Source: an uncultured delta proteobacterium
Lineage (GTDB): Bacteria; Desulfobacterota; Binatia; UBA9968
DNA length: 64,000 nucleotides
Reading direction: 5' to 3'
Assembly (NCBI GenBank): GCA_963840855.1
Contig: CAWJBB010000002.1
Span: 64,001 to 128,000, forward strand
A program made the translations under genes and the position numbers. Below are positions 1-10,404 of this stretch, one piece after another (position 1 is the first letter of the stretch; the number at the start of each line of letters is the position of its first letter). The notes below the pieces were generated by a model. The model saw only the letters and a program-made list of their open reading frames with translations. It was not told where the DNA came from and did not search any database.

Positions 1-283
1 CCTGCGGTTCCCCAAGCTCGAAGGCAAACAAGCGCGCCCCGACGTGCTCAGCGGCAGCAATCAGCTGTTCGTCGCCTGCCAGACCGACGACGATCTTCCT
101 TACGTGCTCAAGTACGCCGGTGAAAATTGCCTGATGATTGGTTCGGATTATGGCCACGCCGACAATGCCAGCGAACTGCTGGCTCTGGCCAAACTAAAAG
201 AACAAGGCGACATCGATCCGAAGGTCATCGATAAGATTCTTTGCACGAATCCGGCGAAGTTTTACGGTTTGGATCTGGATTAG
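1..283 (+). CDS. Amidohydrolase_2 family protein, C-terminal part (runs off window start)
   Basis: C-terminal motifs LMIGSDYGHAD and KILCTNPAKFYGL. Confidence 0.8.
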   Translation, partial: LRFPKLEGKQARPDVLSGSNQLFVACQTDDDLPYVLKYAGENCLMIGSDYGHADNASELLALAKLKEQGDIDPKVIDKILCTNPAKFYGLDLD

Positions 284-350
284 AGAATCGTGATCGTGCT
301 CGTGCGAAGAACACTTCGAACGTGAAACTAGTGTTTGATCCCAATTTCTG

Positions 351-391
351 TTCCCTCGCCCACGCTTCGTGGGAGAGGGTTAGGGTGAGGG
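351..391. repeat. REP-like palindromic intergenic repeat
   Basis: ttccctcgcccacgcttcgtgggagagggttagggtgaggg hairpin motif. Confidence 0.6.
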
Positions 392-394
392 AAA

Positions 395-524
395 GAGATT
401 GTGTTGTAATCCGCGAAAGCGCGCTGATGTCATGCTGAGCGGAGCGAAGCATCTCGCATTTTCAAGGTGTTACGAAGACGAGATTCTTCGCCTGCGGCTC
501 AGAATGACATTACGACACAGTCTC
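395..524. mobile_element. MITE-like element with 16 bp terminal inverted repeats and an internal palindrome
   Basis: gagattgtgttgtaat (395-410) vs attacgacacagtctc (509-524), 14/16 match; aaa on both flanks; internal gtcatgctgagcg...gctcagaatgac. Confidence 0.6.
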
Positions 525-578
525 AAAGGGAGAAGGGGATGAACTCAAGAACGAGGGCGAGCAAGCTTGAGGTGGGAT

Positions 579-1727
579 ATGGCTGAGAAATTTGATTTGT
601 TATTGACCGGCGGGACGGTTCTCAATCCTGCGACGAAGTTAAATCAGATCCTCGATGTCGGCGTTACCGGCAATCGCGTCGCCGCAATCGGCGCGGGACT
701 TCCGCGCGCCCATGCGAAGAAAGTCCTCGAAGTCGCCGGTTGCTACGTCACACCCGGCCTTATCGACTTTCACGTGCACAGTTACTGGGGCGTAAATCCC
801 TACGGTTGTGAACTAGACGACGCTGTGCCTGGGGACCGGCGTGACGACGACAATGGATGCCGGCTCCGCCGGTCCGGTCAATTTGCATGGCTTTCGCAAA
901 CTTGTTTACGAGAAGTCCAAAACGCGCATGATCGGTTTTGTCGCCCTGGCGCAACATGGGGTGTTAAACGAGCCGGGAGAGTTGTTGAGCCTAGGCTTTG
1001 CGGATAGCGATGGCCGCTGCTCAAGCGGTGAGTCGACAACCGGATATCAGCATCGGCGTCAAAGTGCGGCTGCACAAGAAAGCCATGGGGGAGAACAGCC
1101 GCGCCGCGCTGCGCCTGGCGATCAAGGCGGGCGAGGCGACGCATACGCCGATCATGGTGCATGTCGGCAATACGGCAATCGGCATGGACGAGATCGCGGC
1201 TACGCTTGCGTCCCGGCGATATCATTACGCACTGCTACACGCCGCAGAAGCCGTCGATTATCGATGAGCAGGGCAAACTGCTTCCCGAGGTGCGCAAAGC
1301 CAAAGAGCGCGGCGTGATCTTCGACGTCGGCCACGCCGGCGGCCACTTCGATTTCAATCTCGTGCGCCGTGCCATGGGCGAGGGAATAGTGCCGGATGTC
1401 ATCAGCTCGGATCTGCACGGCCGCTTGAGCCAGCCGGGCTTCGGCGTCGTCGGCGATTTACTCACGACGCTGACCAAGTTTTTGCCGTTAGGTCTGAGCT
1501 TCGACGAGATTATCGCGAAGTGCACGGTCGACGCCGCTCGCGTCGTCGGCTGGCAAGACCGCATCGGCACCTTGGAAGTCGGGCGCGAGGCGGACATCGC
1601 GGTTCTGCAAATTATCGACGAGCCGACCAAGCTGCGCGACTCGGTGGGCGGCGAGATGACCCACAAACAACGTATCGCCGCCAAGTGGACGATCCGGGCC
1701 GGCGAGATGTTTCAGGGCAGGGGATAG
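579..1727 (+). CDS. Dihydroorotase-like amidohydrolase/deacetylase (frameshifted across four ORF pieces)
   Basis: PGLIDFHVH, TTTMDAGSAG, GVKVRL, PIMVHVG, PGDIITHCY, FDVGHAGGHF and ISSDLH occur in order but in different frames. Confidence 0.8.
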
Positions 1728-1837
1728 AGACTATTTTCACCTTGGTCATCGAGCCAGTTAAACCGCTTAATCGATTAATATAATATCAAAATTAACACGG
1801 GCACAGCCTATTGTGCCCCTTAGCGGGAGGGTCGACG

Positions 1838-2869
1838 ATGGGTAGAGCATTTCTGGTTATGCTTTTGATTCTCACTGGGTTTATCACGCCCGCCGGGGCG
1901 CAGGCGCCGTACTATCAGGGCAAAACGATAGCTATCATCACCGGCAGCCAGACAGGAGATCTTTACGATATCTACGCGCGCATGATCGCGGCGCATATGG
2001 GGAAGTATATTCCTGGCAATCCTAATATGCTGGTGCAGAATATGACCGGCGCGGGTCATATCGTGGCGGCGAATTTCGTTTACAGCGTCGCGAAACCTGA
2101 CGGTCTGACACTGCTCGCTCCCAATCCGAATATATACATAGATCAGCTTATAGGACGGCCTGAGATCAAGTTTGATTGGGCCAAATTTATGTGGCTCGGT
2201 AACGCGTCGCGCACGACGGACCTGGTTTACATGCGTTCCGATACTCCCTTCAAAACCATAGAAGATGTGCGCAGCGCCAAAGAGCCGCCCAAATGCGGCG
2301 CCACCGGAACCGGCACCACCGGCTACCTCGTGCCGAGATTGTTGGAGGAGACGATCGGCGCGAAGTTCAACCTGGTGACCGGTTACAAGGGCGGCAACGA
2401 AGTCGACCTGGCGGTCGAGCGCGGCGAGATACAATGCCGCGCGTTCAGTCTTACCGCGTTCTTCGGTCGCGAACCGTTTCATACATGGCGAAAAACCGGA
2501 TTCGTGCGCGCGATCATCCAGCTGGGGGCGAAGAGAGACAGCCGGCTCGCCGAAGTGCCGACACTCAATGAGCTGATGGAAAAATATAAGACTCCGGAGA
2601 TCGGACGCCGGCTGGCCATGATCATCACGGCCTCGGAAATCTTTCAGCGGCCGTATATGGCCCCGCCCGGCGTGCGGCCGGAATATGTCAAATTGCTCCG
2701 TGAAGCGTTTCAGAAGACGCTCAAAGACGCGACGTTTTTGGAAGAAGTCAAAAGTAGGAAACTCGATGCCGAATACACTTCCGGCGAGGAAATGGAGACA
2801 TTGGCCAAAGAGATGATGTCACAGCGACCGGAGATCATCGAGCGGTTGAAAAAAGTTCTCGGGATGTAA
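1838..2869 (+). CDS. Tripartite tricarboxylate transporter substrate-binding protein (TctC/Bug family)
   Basis: Signal peptide; YYQGKTI, PGNPNMLVQNMTGAG, AKPDGLTL, GYKGGNEVDLAVERGE. Confidence 0.9.
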   Translation: MGRAFLVMLLILTGFITPAGAQAPYYQGKTIAIITGSQTGDLYDIYARMIAAHMGKYIPGNPNMLVQNMTGAGHIVAANFVYSVAKPDGLTLLAPNPNIYIDQLIGRPEIKFDWAKFMWLGNASRTTDLVYMRSDTPFKTIEDVRSAKEPPKCGATGTGTTGYLVPRLLEETIGAKFNLVTGYKGGNEVDLAVERGEIQCRAFSLTAFFGREPFHTWRKTGFVRAIIQLGAKRDSRLAEVPTLNELMEKYKTPEIGRRLAMIITASEIFQRPYMAPPGVRPEYVKLLREAFQKTLKDATFLEEVKSRKLDAEYTSGEEMETLAKEMMSQRPEIIERLKKVLGM

Positions 2870-2913
2870 ACTGGACTGATCGATGGGCGCGAGTGCAGGG
2901 GCAAGGTCCCTGT

Positions 2914-4071
2914 TTACGCCGGCACCAGCTCCGGGTCCATCGGGTAGGTGGAAAGAATCTCCGCGCCCTTGTCCGTCACGCGCAGCAGGTGTTCGAGTTT
3001 CACCGGGTAGTGGTTGATCTCCAAGGCGACGATCATGTTTTCTTCCAGACTGACCATGTACTCCTCGGGATCACCGCCGCGCAGCCATGGCGATTCGTAA
3101 ATGCACAGGCCGACGCCGTGGAAGCCATCGAAGCCCGGCAGGCGCGCTGTGGCGCCTTTGCCGAAGCGTTTGAACGCCTCCGTGCATGGGCCGGGCCGCA
3201 CGAAAGGCAATGCCTGCTGCATGGTTTCGTAAGCTTCTTTGTAGCGCTCGCGGGTCTGGGGCGTTGGTTGGCCCCGGCTAAAAGTGCGGCAGAAGTCGCT
3301 GTAATAACCTCCCGGTCCCGCCACCGTGGCGTCGGTGATGACGAGATCGCCTTCGACCACCACTAGATCGCAGCCCATCGGTTCGTTGTGCGGCCGGGTG
3401 TCGGCGCGCGACGAGTCATAGATCGAAATGAACTCGCTGCCGGCTTCGAAACCTTGATCCATGAGAACGTCCAGCATAATGCGGCTCAATTTGTCTTCGG
3501 GAACATCAGGCTCGCGGAGGGCTTTGCGCACGAAATCGTAGCCGCGCTCTTTGGCTTTGGTGGTCCAGCGGATCAGTTGGACCTCAGCCGCGGTCTTCAC
3601 GGCGCGCGCCTCGTTCACGGCGCGATTGCCGTCAACGAGCCGGATACCGGAGGCTTTCAACCCTTCCACCGCTTCCAGATTTAGACAATCCACACCGACG
3701 CGCTCGGTCGCCGCGCCGATTTCCCGCAAGCCCGCGGCGGCTTGCTTGACGAAATCTTGAGTGGCCACCGGCGGGCGCATGCCGAACATGAAGGCATCGA
3801 AACGCGAGCTGCGATAGATCGGTTTGCGTGATAATTCGCGCTGGCAGATGAAAGGGGCGCCCTCGGCGGGAATCAGCGCGAAACGCTGGATCGCCGTCGC
3901 ACGCAGGCCGAGCATCATGACCGTGTTGGTGGCGTACCGAATATTGATCCAGTCGGTGAGCAAAAGGGCGCCGAGACCATGTTGTTTCATTGTCGACTGC
4001 AGGCGGGCGAGCCGATCGCTGGCCAGCCGCCCGTTATCTACTCCGAAGGGAGTTAGGTCCGCGTAGAACAT
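2914..4071 (-). CDS. Xaa-Pro peptidase (M24) family protein
   Basis: Creatinase-like N-terminus; ARAVKTAAEV, GYYSDFCRTF, HGVGLCIYESP. Confidence 0.85.
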   Translation of the reverse strand: MFYADLTPFGVDNGRLASDRLARLQSTMKQHGLGALLLTDWINIRYATNTVMMLGLRATAIQRFALIPAEGAPFICQRELSRKPIYRSSRFDAFMFGMRPPVATQDFVKQAAAGLREIGAATERVGVDCLNLEAVEGLKASGIRLVDGNRAVNEARAVKTAAEVQLIRWTTKAKERGYDFVRKALREPDVPEDKLSRIMLDVLMDQGFEAGSEFISIYDSSRADTRPHNEPMGCDLVVVEGDLVITDATVAGPGGYYSDFCRTFSRGQPTPQTRERYKEAYETMQQALPFVRPGPCTEAFKRFGKGATARLPGFDGFHGVGLCIYESPWLRGGDPEEYMVSLEENMIVALEINHYPVKLEHLLRVTDKGAEILSTYPMDPELVPA

Positions 4072-4228
4072 CTGCCTCTCCTCTTTGGCATAATGGTATA
4101 TTTCGACCTACTCGCTATGCCGGTAAGAATCAAGCGCCTGCATGCCACCGACAGAGTCAAAAATCGTTGTTGACAAGCTCTGAGGCGTTGGAGAGAATCG
4201 CCCAGCCACGGATGAAGGAGGGCTTGAT

Positions 4229-5275
4229 ATGAGCATGATCAATGGTCGTGAAGGTCCCGATATCATGTCGCGTAAACGCGCCGGACGCTTTGCCCCCGTC
4301 GCTGTTCTCATTTCCCTGCTCCTGCTCACTTCATCACTTTGGGCGCAGCCGGCAAAAAAACTAGCATTCCCCTATTCCCCAATTGGCCTTAACTGTCTCC
4401 CCTGGTTTGTCGCCAAGGACGCGAAGATTTTCGAAAAACACGGGATCGAATTTGATCCGATATTTATCGGCGCGTCCTCGGCGCTGTTCAATGCGATGTT
4501 ATCAGGAGCGGCGGACCTGGCCGGATCCGGCGGGCCGGCGGTCATTTCAAATATATTGAAGGGCGGGGACATCATCCACATCACCGCCATGGTGCCGCGT
4601 TTTACCCAATCCATCATGGTCAAGTCGGAGATCAAAAAGCCCGAAGATATGGCGGGCAAGAAGATCGGCGTGAGCCGGCTGGGTACGGTGACGCATTTTG
4701 CGCTCCAAACCGCGTTGGACGGCTACGGCATCAAAGGCGTCACCATCCTGCAAATGGGTGGTCAGCCTGAAGCGTTCGCAGGATTGAGTCGCGGCTCGGT
4801 GGACGGCGCGGTATTCTCTCCGCCTTACAATTTTCAACTCAAGAAGATGGGCTTCACCGAACTCGTTTCTCCCAATGATTTGGCGAAACTCACAGAGTTC
4901 ATTACCAATGGCATCGTGGCTCGCAGGTCGGTTGCGGAGAAAGACAAGGAGACTGTGATCAAAACGATCAAAGGCACCGCGGAAGCGATCAGGCTCATTC
5001 AGACTGACAGGGAATTCACGAAAAAAGTGATGAATAAGTGGATGCCGATGAAAGACAACGAAATGGTGGAACTGGTTTACCGCTTTGCGACCGAAAATTT
5101 TTCCAAGGATGGCACCGTCCCGGAGGGCGCGCTGCGCGGGATGGTCAAACAAATGGTCCAGAGTAACCTCGTCGACGCCAAGTTGGCTGCAGCCACGCCG
5201 GTGACGGCCTATTATGACAATCGCTACGTCGAAGAAGTGAAGCGCTCCGGGTTCTTCGACCAGCTCTGGAGATAG
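4229..5275 (+). CDS. ABC transporter substrate-binding protein (NMT1/SsuA-like)
   Basis: Signal peptide; VAKDAKIFEKHGIE, DMAGKKIGVSRLG. Confidence 0.85.
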   Translation: MSMINGREGPDIMSRKRAGRFAPVAVLISLLLLTSSLWAQPAKKLAFPYSPIGLNCLPWFVAKDAKIFEKHGIEFDPIFIGASSALFNAMLSGAADLAGSGGPAVISNILKGGDIIHITAMVPRFTQSIMVKSEIKKPEDMAGKKIGVSRLGTVTHFALQTALDGYGIKGVTILQMGGQPEAFAGLSRGSVDGAVFSPPYNFQLKKMGFTELVSPNDLAKLTEFITNGIVARRSVAEKDKETVIKTIKGTAEAIRLIQTDREFTKKVMNKWMPMKDNEMVELVYRFATENFSKDGTVPEGALRGMVKQMVQSNLVDAKLAAATPVTAYYDNRYVEEVKRSGFFDQLWR

Positions 5276-5319
5276 AGGTTAATGACTCGCAGCCCGCAAG
5301 GCAAAAGAGGTGACGCCCA

Positions 5320-5604
5320 ATGTTAAACGCCATCGTCCTGTTGAACACGGAACGTGACAAAACCAACATAGTGGCTGAAGCGCTCGCCGACATGGACGGC
5401 GTGAGCGAGGTTTACTCCGTTGCCGGCCGTTACGATCTCGCCGCCATTGTCCGGGCAAGCGATAACGACCAGCTCGCCAAGATCGTGACGGAGCGCATCC
5501 GCGGCGTGCCGGGCATCACCACCTCCGAGACGCTTATCGCCTTTCGCGTCTACTCGCGCCACGATCTCGAACGGATGTTTTCCATCGGCATGGAAAAACC
5601 TTAG
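5320..5604 (+). CDS. Lrp/AsnC ligand-binding domain protein
   Basis: 94 aa; EVYSVAGRYDLAAIV, IRGVPGITTSETLIAF. Confidence 0.85.
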   Translation: MLNAIVLLNTERDKTNIVAEALADMDGVSEVYSVAGRYDLAAIVRASDNDQLAKIVTERIRGVPGITTSETLIAFRVYSRHDLERMFSIGMEKP

Positions 5605-5732
5605 CAGGTTGCTGAAAAAGCCTCATAGGCTTCGTTGCGCTCAATCGCCTCGCTCTAACGTACTTCCAATGTACGCCTCCGCTCATCGACTTATCGCGCG
5701 CCTTGCCTCTGAGATCTTTTTGAGCAACCTGC
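5604..5732. mobile_element. MITE-like element between convergent genes
   Basis: Terminal IRs gcaggttgctgaaaaag / ctttttgagcaacctgc. Confidence 0.7.
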
Positions 5733-7352
5733 AATATCTTCAACGGATAACTTGGCGCCATTTTGACATTCGATTTGTCCTGCGAGCAATAGCACTCGTT
5801 CGAACAGCGCGGCTTTAAACCGGCGATTTTCGACCAATCCCTGTTTCGTCCACAAGTAGAGTTTATTCGTTTCCCTCAGTCGCGCGAGAAGCGCGATGCC
5901 GGCTTGAGTTCTTGAATGGCTCCAAGAGCGGCTCGGCAAATCCGCCAGTTCGGCGTCGGATCCGATCGGCAATCCTTTCAAAAAATTGATAATGCGCGTG
6001 GTGACGAAGAGCGTGTATAGGTCTTCACGTTTGAAGTCACCGGTTTCGACCGCCATGGCCGTGAGGCGGGAGCGCACGAAGTCTTCTTCGGTCCATTGCA
6101 TGCCGCGGGCGATGGGAGCGTTGGGAGTCCGATAGAACGGCGAAGCGCCGAGAAGTACCGGCAGGCGGGCGTTGAAGGCGAGGGTCTGGATCATGCTTTC
6201 GAGGCTTTCGTTAGGGAGACCGAGGATTTGATACGACACGATTTTGAAGCCGAGTGCATGCGCCTTGCTCACGACCTTCAGATAGGCTTCCAGCGTGTGC
6301 GGGCGCTTCGTCGTTTCGCGCACCGTCTTGTCAGAGGAGACCAGCGCGAGATTCAGGTGCGAGAATCCCGCCGCAAACATCAATTCCAGCAGTTCATCAT
6401 CGAGGCTCAAGTAACTGATGCCGTTCATGGCGACGAATTCCATTTCGCCATCGGGAAAGCGGCCGATGAGGCGCCGGCAGAGCTCTTTAAACGTCGGCTT
6501 GTAGTAGGTGAGGTTGTCGTCCTCGAAATCGATGACGCGGTAGCCTTCTTGATGGCGCAGTTCGATTTCCGCCAACACGCTTTCGAGCGCGCGGCGGCGA
6601 TAGTCGCGGCCGAAGGTAGTATGGACGGAGCAAAAAGAGCATTTGTGCGGACAACTGCGCGAGGTGATCATGAAGGTCATGGGTTTGCCCGCCACGGTAT
6701 AACGCGAAGGCGGTAAGTCGCTCAAATCGGGGAGCGGTAATTCGTCTATCGGGTAATTGCCGCCCATGGGATTGAAGCGCGGTTGGCGATTTTGCTTGAA
6801 GACCAGGTTCGGCGCCCGCTCAATCGGCGCTTCGCCTCTCAAGTGCCGCAGCAGCTCAACTAAAGGCTTTTCACCTTCACCGCGAACCACATAATCGACG
6901 TTGGGCGAGGACAGTAATGACTCCGGCGCCGCGGAGGCGTGGGAGCCGCCCATGACTACGGGAACATGAAGGCGCTTCTTTACCCGCGCGGCGACTTCGA
7001 GAGCCTCGCGATAGTAAGGCGTGAAGAGCGAGGAAATCCCCACCACATCCGGTTTGCATTCGCCAATTTCGGCTTCGATGTCATCGAATGATTTTCCAAA
7101 ATGATAGTATTGATGAAACGTGGAGAACGGCGACTTGTCCGCCACCGGATAGTAATCGCGGGTGTAAGCTAATTCTTTAGGAATTGGAACGGTTCTTCGC
7201 CCGCACCCGCCGTGAAAATCTTTGATCACGACTTCCACGTCAGGCAGGTGGTCTTTGACCGCGGCTTTCAAATAGCACAAGCCAATGGGTTGCAGCCGCA
7301 CGTCGGTGTCGTAGAAATCTCGAACCGGCGGTTGGACGAGGAGGAGTTTCAT
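5691..7352 (-). CDS. B12-binding domain radical SAM protein
   Basis: QPIGLCYL, PDVVGISSLF, MGGSHAS, VVRGEGE; CxxxCxxC = CPHKCSFC; FEDDNL. Confidence 0.9.
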   Translation of the reverse strand: MKLLLVQPPVRDFYDTDVRLQPIGLCYLKAAVKDHLPDVEVVIKDFHGGCGRRTVPIPKELAYTRDYYPVADKSPFSTFHQYYHFGKSFDDIEAEIGECKPDVVGISSLFTPYYREALEVAARVKKRLHVPVVMGGSHASAAPESLLSSPNVDYVVRGEGEKPLVELLRHLRGEAPIERAPNLVFKQNRQPRFNPMGGNYPIDELPLPDLSDLPPSRYTVAGKPMTFMITSRSCPHKCSFCSVHTTFGRDYRRRALESVLAEIELRHQEGYRVIDFEDDNLTYYKPTFKELCRRLIGRFPDGEMEFVAMNGISYLSLDDELLELMFAAGFSHLNLALVSSDKTVRETTKRPHTLEAYLKVVSKAHALGFKIVSYQILGLPNESLESMIQTLAFNARLPVLLGASPFYRTPNAPIARGMQWTEEDFVRSRLTAMAVETGDFKREDLYTLFVTTRIINFLKGLPIGSDAELADLPSRSWSHSRTQAGIALLARLRETNKLYLWTKQGLVENRRFKAALFERVLLLAGQIECQNGAKLSVEDIAGCSKRSQRQGAR

Positions 7353-7527
7353 GGCGCCGAAAGGTTTAGGTAGATTTGTTAGTTGACACTCAGCTTGTCA
7401 TATTTCTAGCAGATAACTCCAATCCGGGGAAACTGACTTGCAGGGGGACTGTCGGGTGTTGCGCCATCCGCTGCCTAGCTGTTTGTAGGGGGGTGTGATA
7501 AGCTGTCGGGGTAGAGGAGAAAATCGC

Positions 7528-7815
7528 ATGACGGAAGCGGGCAAGCGCTTGTTCGTAGGGATCAAAGTTTCTTCCGCGTTACAAAATGAATTGAACAGTC
7601 CCGCTCCAGGGACTGAGTCTTACTTCGAAGGAAATAACCCGGATTATTTGCAGGTCGTCAATTTAGGCGACGACAAGGTGATCGGCCGATATGTGAAAGA
7701 CGGGTATCCGGTTGCGGCCATCGGGGACGTGAGCCGTAACGTGTGTAGCATTATAAGGCTGATCACCCGCGGACGCCGCATCGAAGAAACAGAAGTTCAC
7801 ATCTACACATCGTAA
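7528..7815 (+). CDS. Hypothetical protein
   Basis: gaggaga RBS before ATG; 95 aa ORF. Confidence 0.6.
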   Translation: MTEAGKRLFVGIKVSSALQNELNSPAPGTESYFEGNNPDYLQVVNLGDDKVIGRYVKDGYPVAAIGDVSRNVCSIIRLITRGRRIEETEVHIYTS

Positions 7816-7943
7816 GTGGCGGCCCTTGGCATGTGCGCAACGGAATGGTGTCCGGCTTGCCGAGAGGCTGCCTTTTCCCCGACCTTCGTCAGATGCGGCA
7901 CATGGACAGCCGATTCGCTAACTGAAACGCGCCATGTTAGAGT

Positions 7944-8015
7944 AAAAGCTCGTTTAGAGCTTTTTAGGTCAACTGGGAATGCCTCTGAGCTTTAAACGAG
8001 CCAGAGGCTTTTTTT
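7944..8015 (+). promoter_or_regulatory. Attenuator-like leader with alternative hairpins and an intrinsic terminator
   Basis: aaaagctc-gttta-gagctttt hairpin; gcctctg..cagaggc + T7 terminator at 7981-8015; 7948-7961 complementary to 7988-8001. Confidence 0.6.
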
Positions 8016-8031
8016 ATAGGAGGGTGGCTCG

Positions 8032-8550
8032 ATGGCAATCAAGATGGAGGAAGCTCTGCTGTCCGATGGGACATTGGTACGGCACAGAGTCAACGGTTAT
8101 CTCGGTCGGATCGACGGTGTAACGGGGATCCAGAGCTGCTTCACCAACCGTGGCTCTCCGATCCCGATGGCGGCCAGCAAAGAGAGCTTCCAATACCGCG
8201 TGATTGTGCAGGGCGAAAAGATGCGGCGTATCGCGCCCGTGCGTGACCTAGAAGTCCTTGACACCGGGACCAGCATCGAGGTGACATGTTTCAGTTGCCA
8301 GTCGACGTTTTCCAGTAGCCCGAACGTGACCGACAAGCCGGGTGGAATCTGCGAATGCGGCGGTTGGATTTGCCCGGAGTGTTTGGCGTGCCAGCCGCCG
8401 CAGGAGATTTCCGCCGAGCGAGCTGCCGCCGGCTGTACAAAGCAGCGCATGCGGCTCGTCAAGAAGGCGGCGAATCAGAAACGTGCAAAGCGGGCGCAAT
8501 CTTCAATAACAACGATTTCGGCGCCGCTAGGGCCGAGGTTCCGAAATTGA
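8032..8550 (+). CDS. Hypothetical protein with a Cys-rich putative zinc-binding C-terminal domain
   Basis: aggagg RBS; CFSC...CECGGWICPECLAC...C. Confidence 0.7.
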   Translation: MAIKMEEALLSDGTLVRHRVNGYLGRIDGVTGIQSCFTNRGSPIPMAASKESFQYRVIVQGEKMRRIAPVRDLEVLDTGTSIEVTCFSCQSTFSSSPNVTDKPGGICECGGWICPECLACQPPQEISAERAAAGCTKQRMRLVKKAANQKRAKRAQSSITTISAPLGPRFRN

Positions 8551-8829
8551 ACCTCGATCTTCATCAGATCATGCCCCGCTATGATCACGCCGGAAAAATC
8601 CCTGGCGATGATTTTCTCTAACTTATCTTGATCTTTGTTCGACCCTAGTTTGTCAGGACGGGCTTCTTGACTCGGGCTTCGTTCGCGATCTTGCCGCGTT
8701 CATGCGGTTTTGTATGCGCGTGCGTTTGATCCACGCCGGACTGGCAGGGCTAATTTCATCCGGTGAATCCACCCGATCGCCGGTATGCTCGGCCGCTTGT
8801 AAATCTAGCGCCGCCGATATCATTCAGCA

Positions 8830-9094
8830 ACGAAATCGCAGCATCGCGATCAGAAAGATCGCGAACTCGTAGATGAACGGCATTCGCTGCGCCTTGTCGA
8901 ATACCGCCGGTTCTATGGTCGGCGATGCGGCGGCGCTGCATCTCGCCGTCAGCACGCCGGGAATAGCGCCACTGTGCGAGCTGGGCGAATTCGAGGTGAT
9001 AACAGGAGATCCGTTCTTCGGGCTGACGGTGGACAAGGGAGCGATCAGCGTGCCGGTGGGCAAGGGGCTCGGGGTGAGTTTGCGGGGCTTCTAG
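8830..9094 (+). pseudogene. C-terminal remnant of a mandelate racemase/muconate lactonizing enzyme family gene
   Basis: GDAAALHLAVSTPG...DKGAISVPVGKGLGV; no N-terminal part upstream. Confidence 0.6.
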
Positions 9095-9187
9095 AAAATT
9101 GGATAATGGAATGGTGGACTATTGGATTGATGGGCTGCGGATTTCCCAACACTCCGGCGTCATTTCGGAGGAAGGAGGTGCGTGACC

Positions 9188-10291
9188 ATGGCCAAAGCTG
9201 AAGCAAGGAAAACTCTCCAACAGTTCGACGAGGAGCTAAAACAGCTGCACCTCAGCGGGCAATGGATTTATGAAGGTTTGCTGACCCAGTGCATCGGCGG
9301 ACCAAGACCGAAAGGCGATGCGTTTATCTGGCCGTGGAAGACCGTGTTGGAGAAGTTGACCGAGGCCGGCGACGTTCTCGAGGAAAGCTTCACGGCGCGC
9401 CGCAGTCTTCTGTTCAACAATCCGGCTCTGCCCATGGGCGGCACGACGCACACCTTGCTCATGGGAATTCAGATGATCAAGGCCGGCGAAATCGCCTGGG
9501 CGCATCGCCACACGTTGGCGGCGATTCGCTTCGTCATCAAGGGCGACGGCAAGGTTTTTAGCGTCGTTGATGGCGAAAGATGTCCGATGGAGCCGTTCGA
9601 TTTAATTCTCACGCCGCAGTGGACCTGGCACGATCACCAAAACCCCACGAACGAAACGGCCATGTGGGTCGATGTGCTCGACGTGCCGTTCATGCTCGGT
9701 CTGAACCTGCCTTTCTACGAACCCTATCCGGGAGACAAGGTTCAAGCCGTGCGCCAGAAGCTGAGCGAGCACTTGCAGCAGAGAGCGGGCGTCGTTCGTC
9801 CAACCTGGGAAAAAGCCAAGCAGGAAAATCTGCCGTTGCGCTATCGCTGGAAGGATATCGAACCCCAACTGCGCGCGCTGTCCGACCAGGCGGGTAGCCC
9901 GTACGACGGCGTTGCGTTGGAGTATGTCAATCCGATCACCGGCGGGCCGACGCTGGCGACGCTAAGTTGCTGGATTCAGTTGCTGCGTCCCGGCGAACAT
10001 ACAAAGAAGCATCGCCACACTTCGAGCGCGGTTTATTTCGTGGTCGACGGGGAAGGCACGACCGTCGTTGGCGATAAGGCGATGGACTGGAACCAACATG
10101 ATTCGTTCGCAGTGCCCAATTGGGCGTGGCACGAGCATGTGAATCGTTCGAAGACGCAGGAGGCGATTCTTTTTTCAGTCAACGACACGCCGATCGTCAG
10201 CGCCTTCGGCCACTATCGCGAAGAACCGGAGAATTCACTACGCTCGGCCACAACTCCGGCAGTGCCGGTGCCAACCGCGGCGAAGGGATAA
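9188..10291 (+). CDS. Gentisate 1,2-dioxygenase-like bicupin
   Basis: AWAHRHTLAAIRF, LTPQWTWHDH, LEYVNPITGGPTL, HRHTSSAVY, VPNWAWHEH. Confidence 0.85.
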   Translation: MAKAEARKTLQQFDEELKQLHLSGQWIYEGLLTQCIGGPRPKGDAFIWPWKTVLEKLTEAGDVLEESFTARRSLLFNNPALPMGGTTHTLLMGIQMIKAGEIAWAHRHTLAAIRFVIKGDGKVFSVVDGERCPMEPFDLILTPQWTWHDHQNPTNETAMWVDVLDVPFMLGLNLPFYEPYPGDKVQAVRQKLSEHLQQRAGVVRPTWEKAKQENLPLRYRWKDIEPQLRALSDQAGSPYDGVALEYVNPITGGPTLATLSCWIQLLRPGEHTKKHRHTSSAVYFVVDGEGTTVVGDKAMDWNQHDSFAVPNWAWHEHVNRSKTQEAILFSVNDTPIVSAFGHYREEPENSLRSATTPAVPVPTAAKG

Positions 10292-10404
10292 AGTCATTCG
10301 CGCGCAATAGCCCTTGGATGGGCTCAGGGCGATGCTTCGACATAAGCTCAGGATGGTGAGCGAAAGTCGAACCATACGATACCCGGTCTTCGAGTGCACT
10401 CCAT

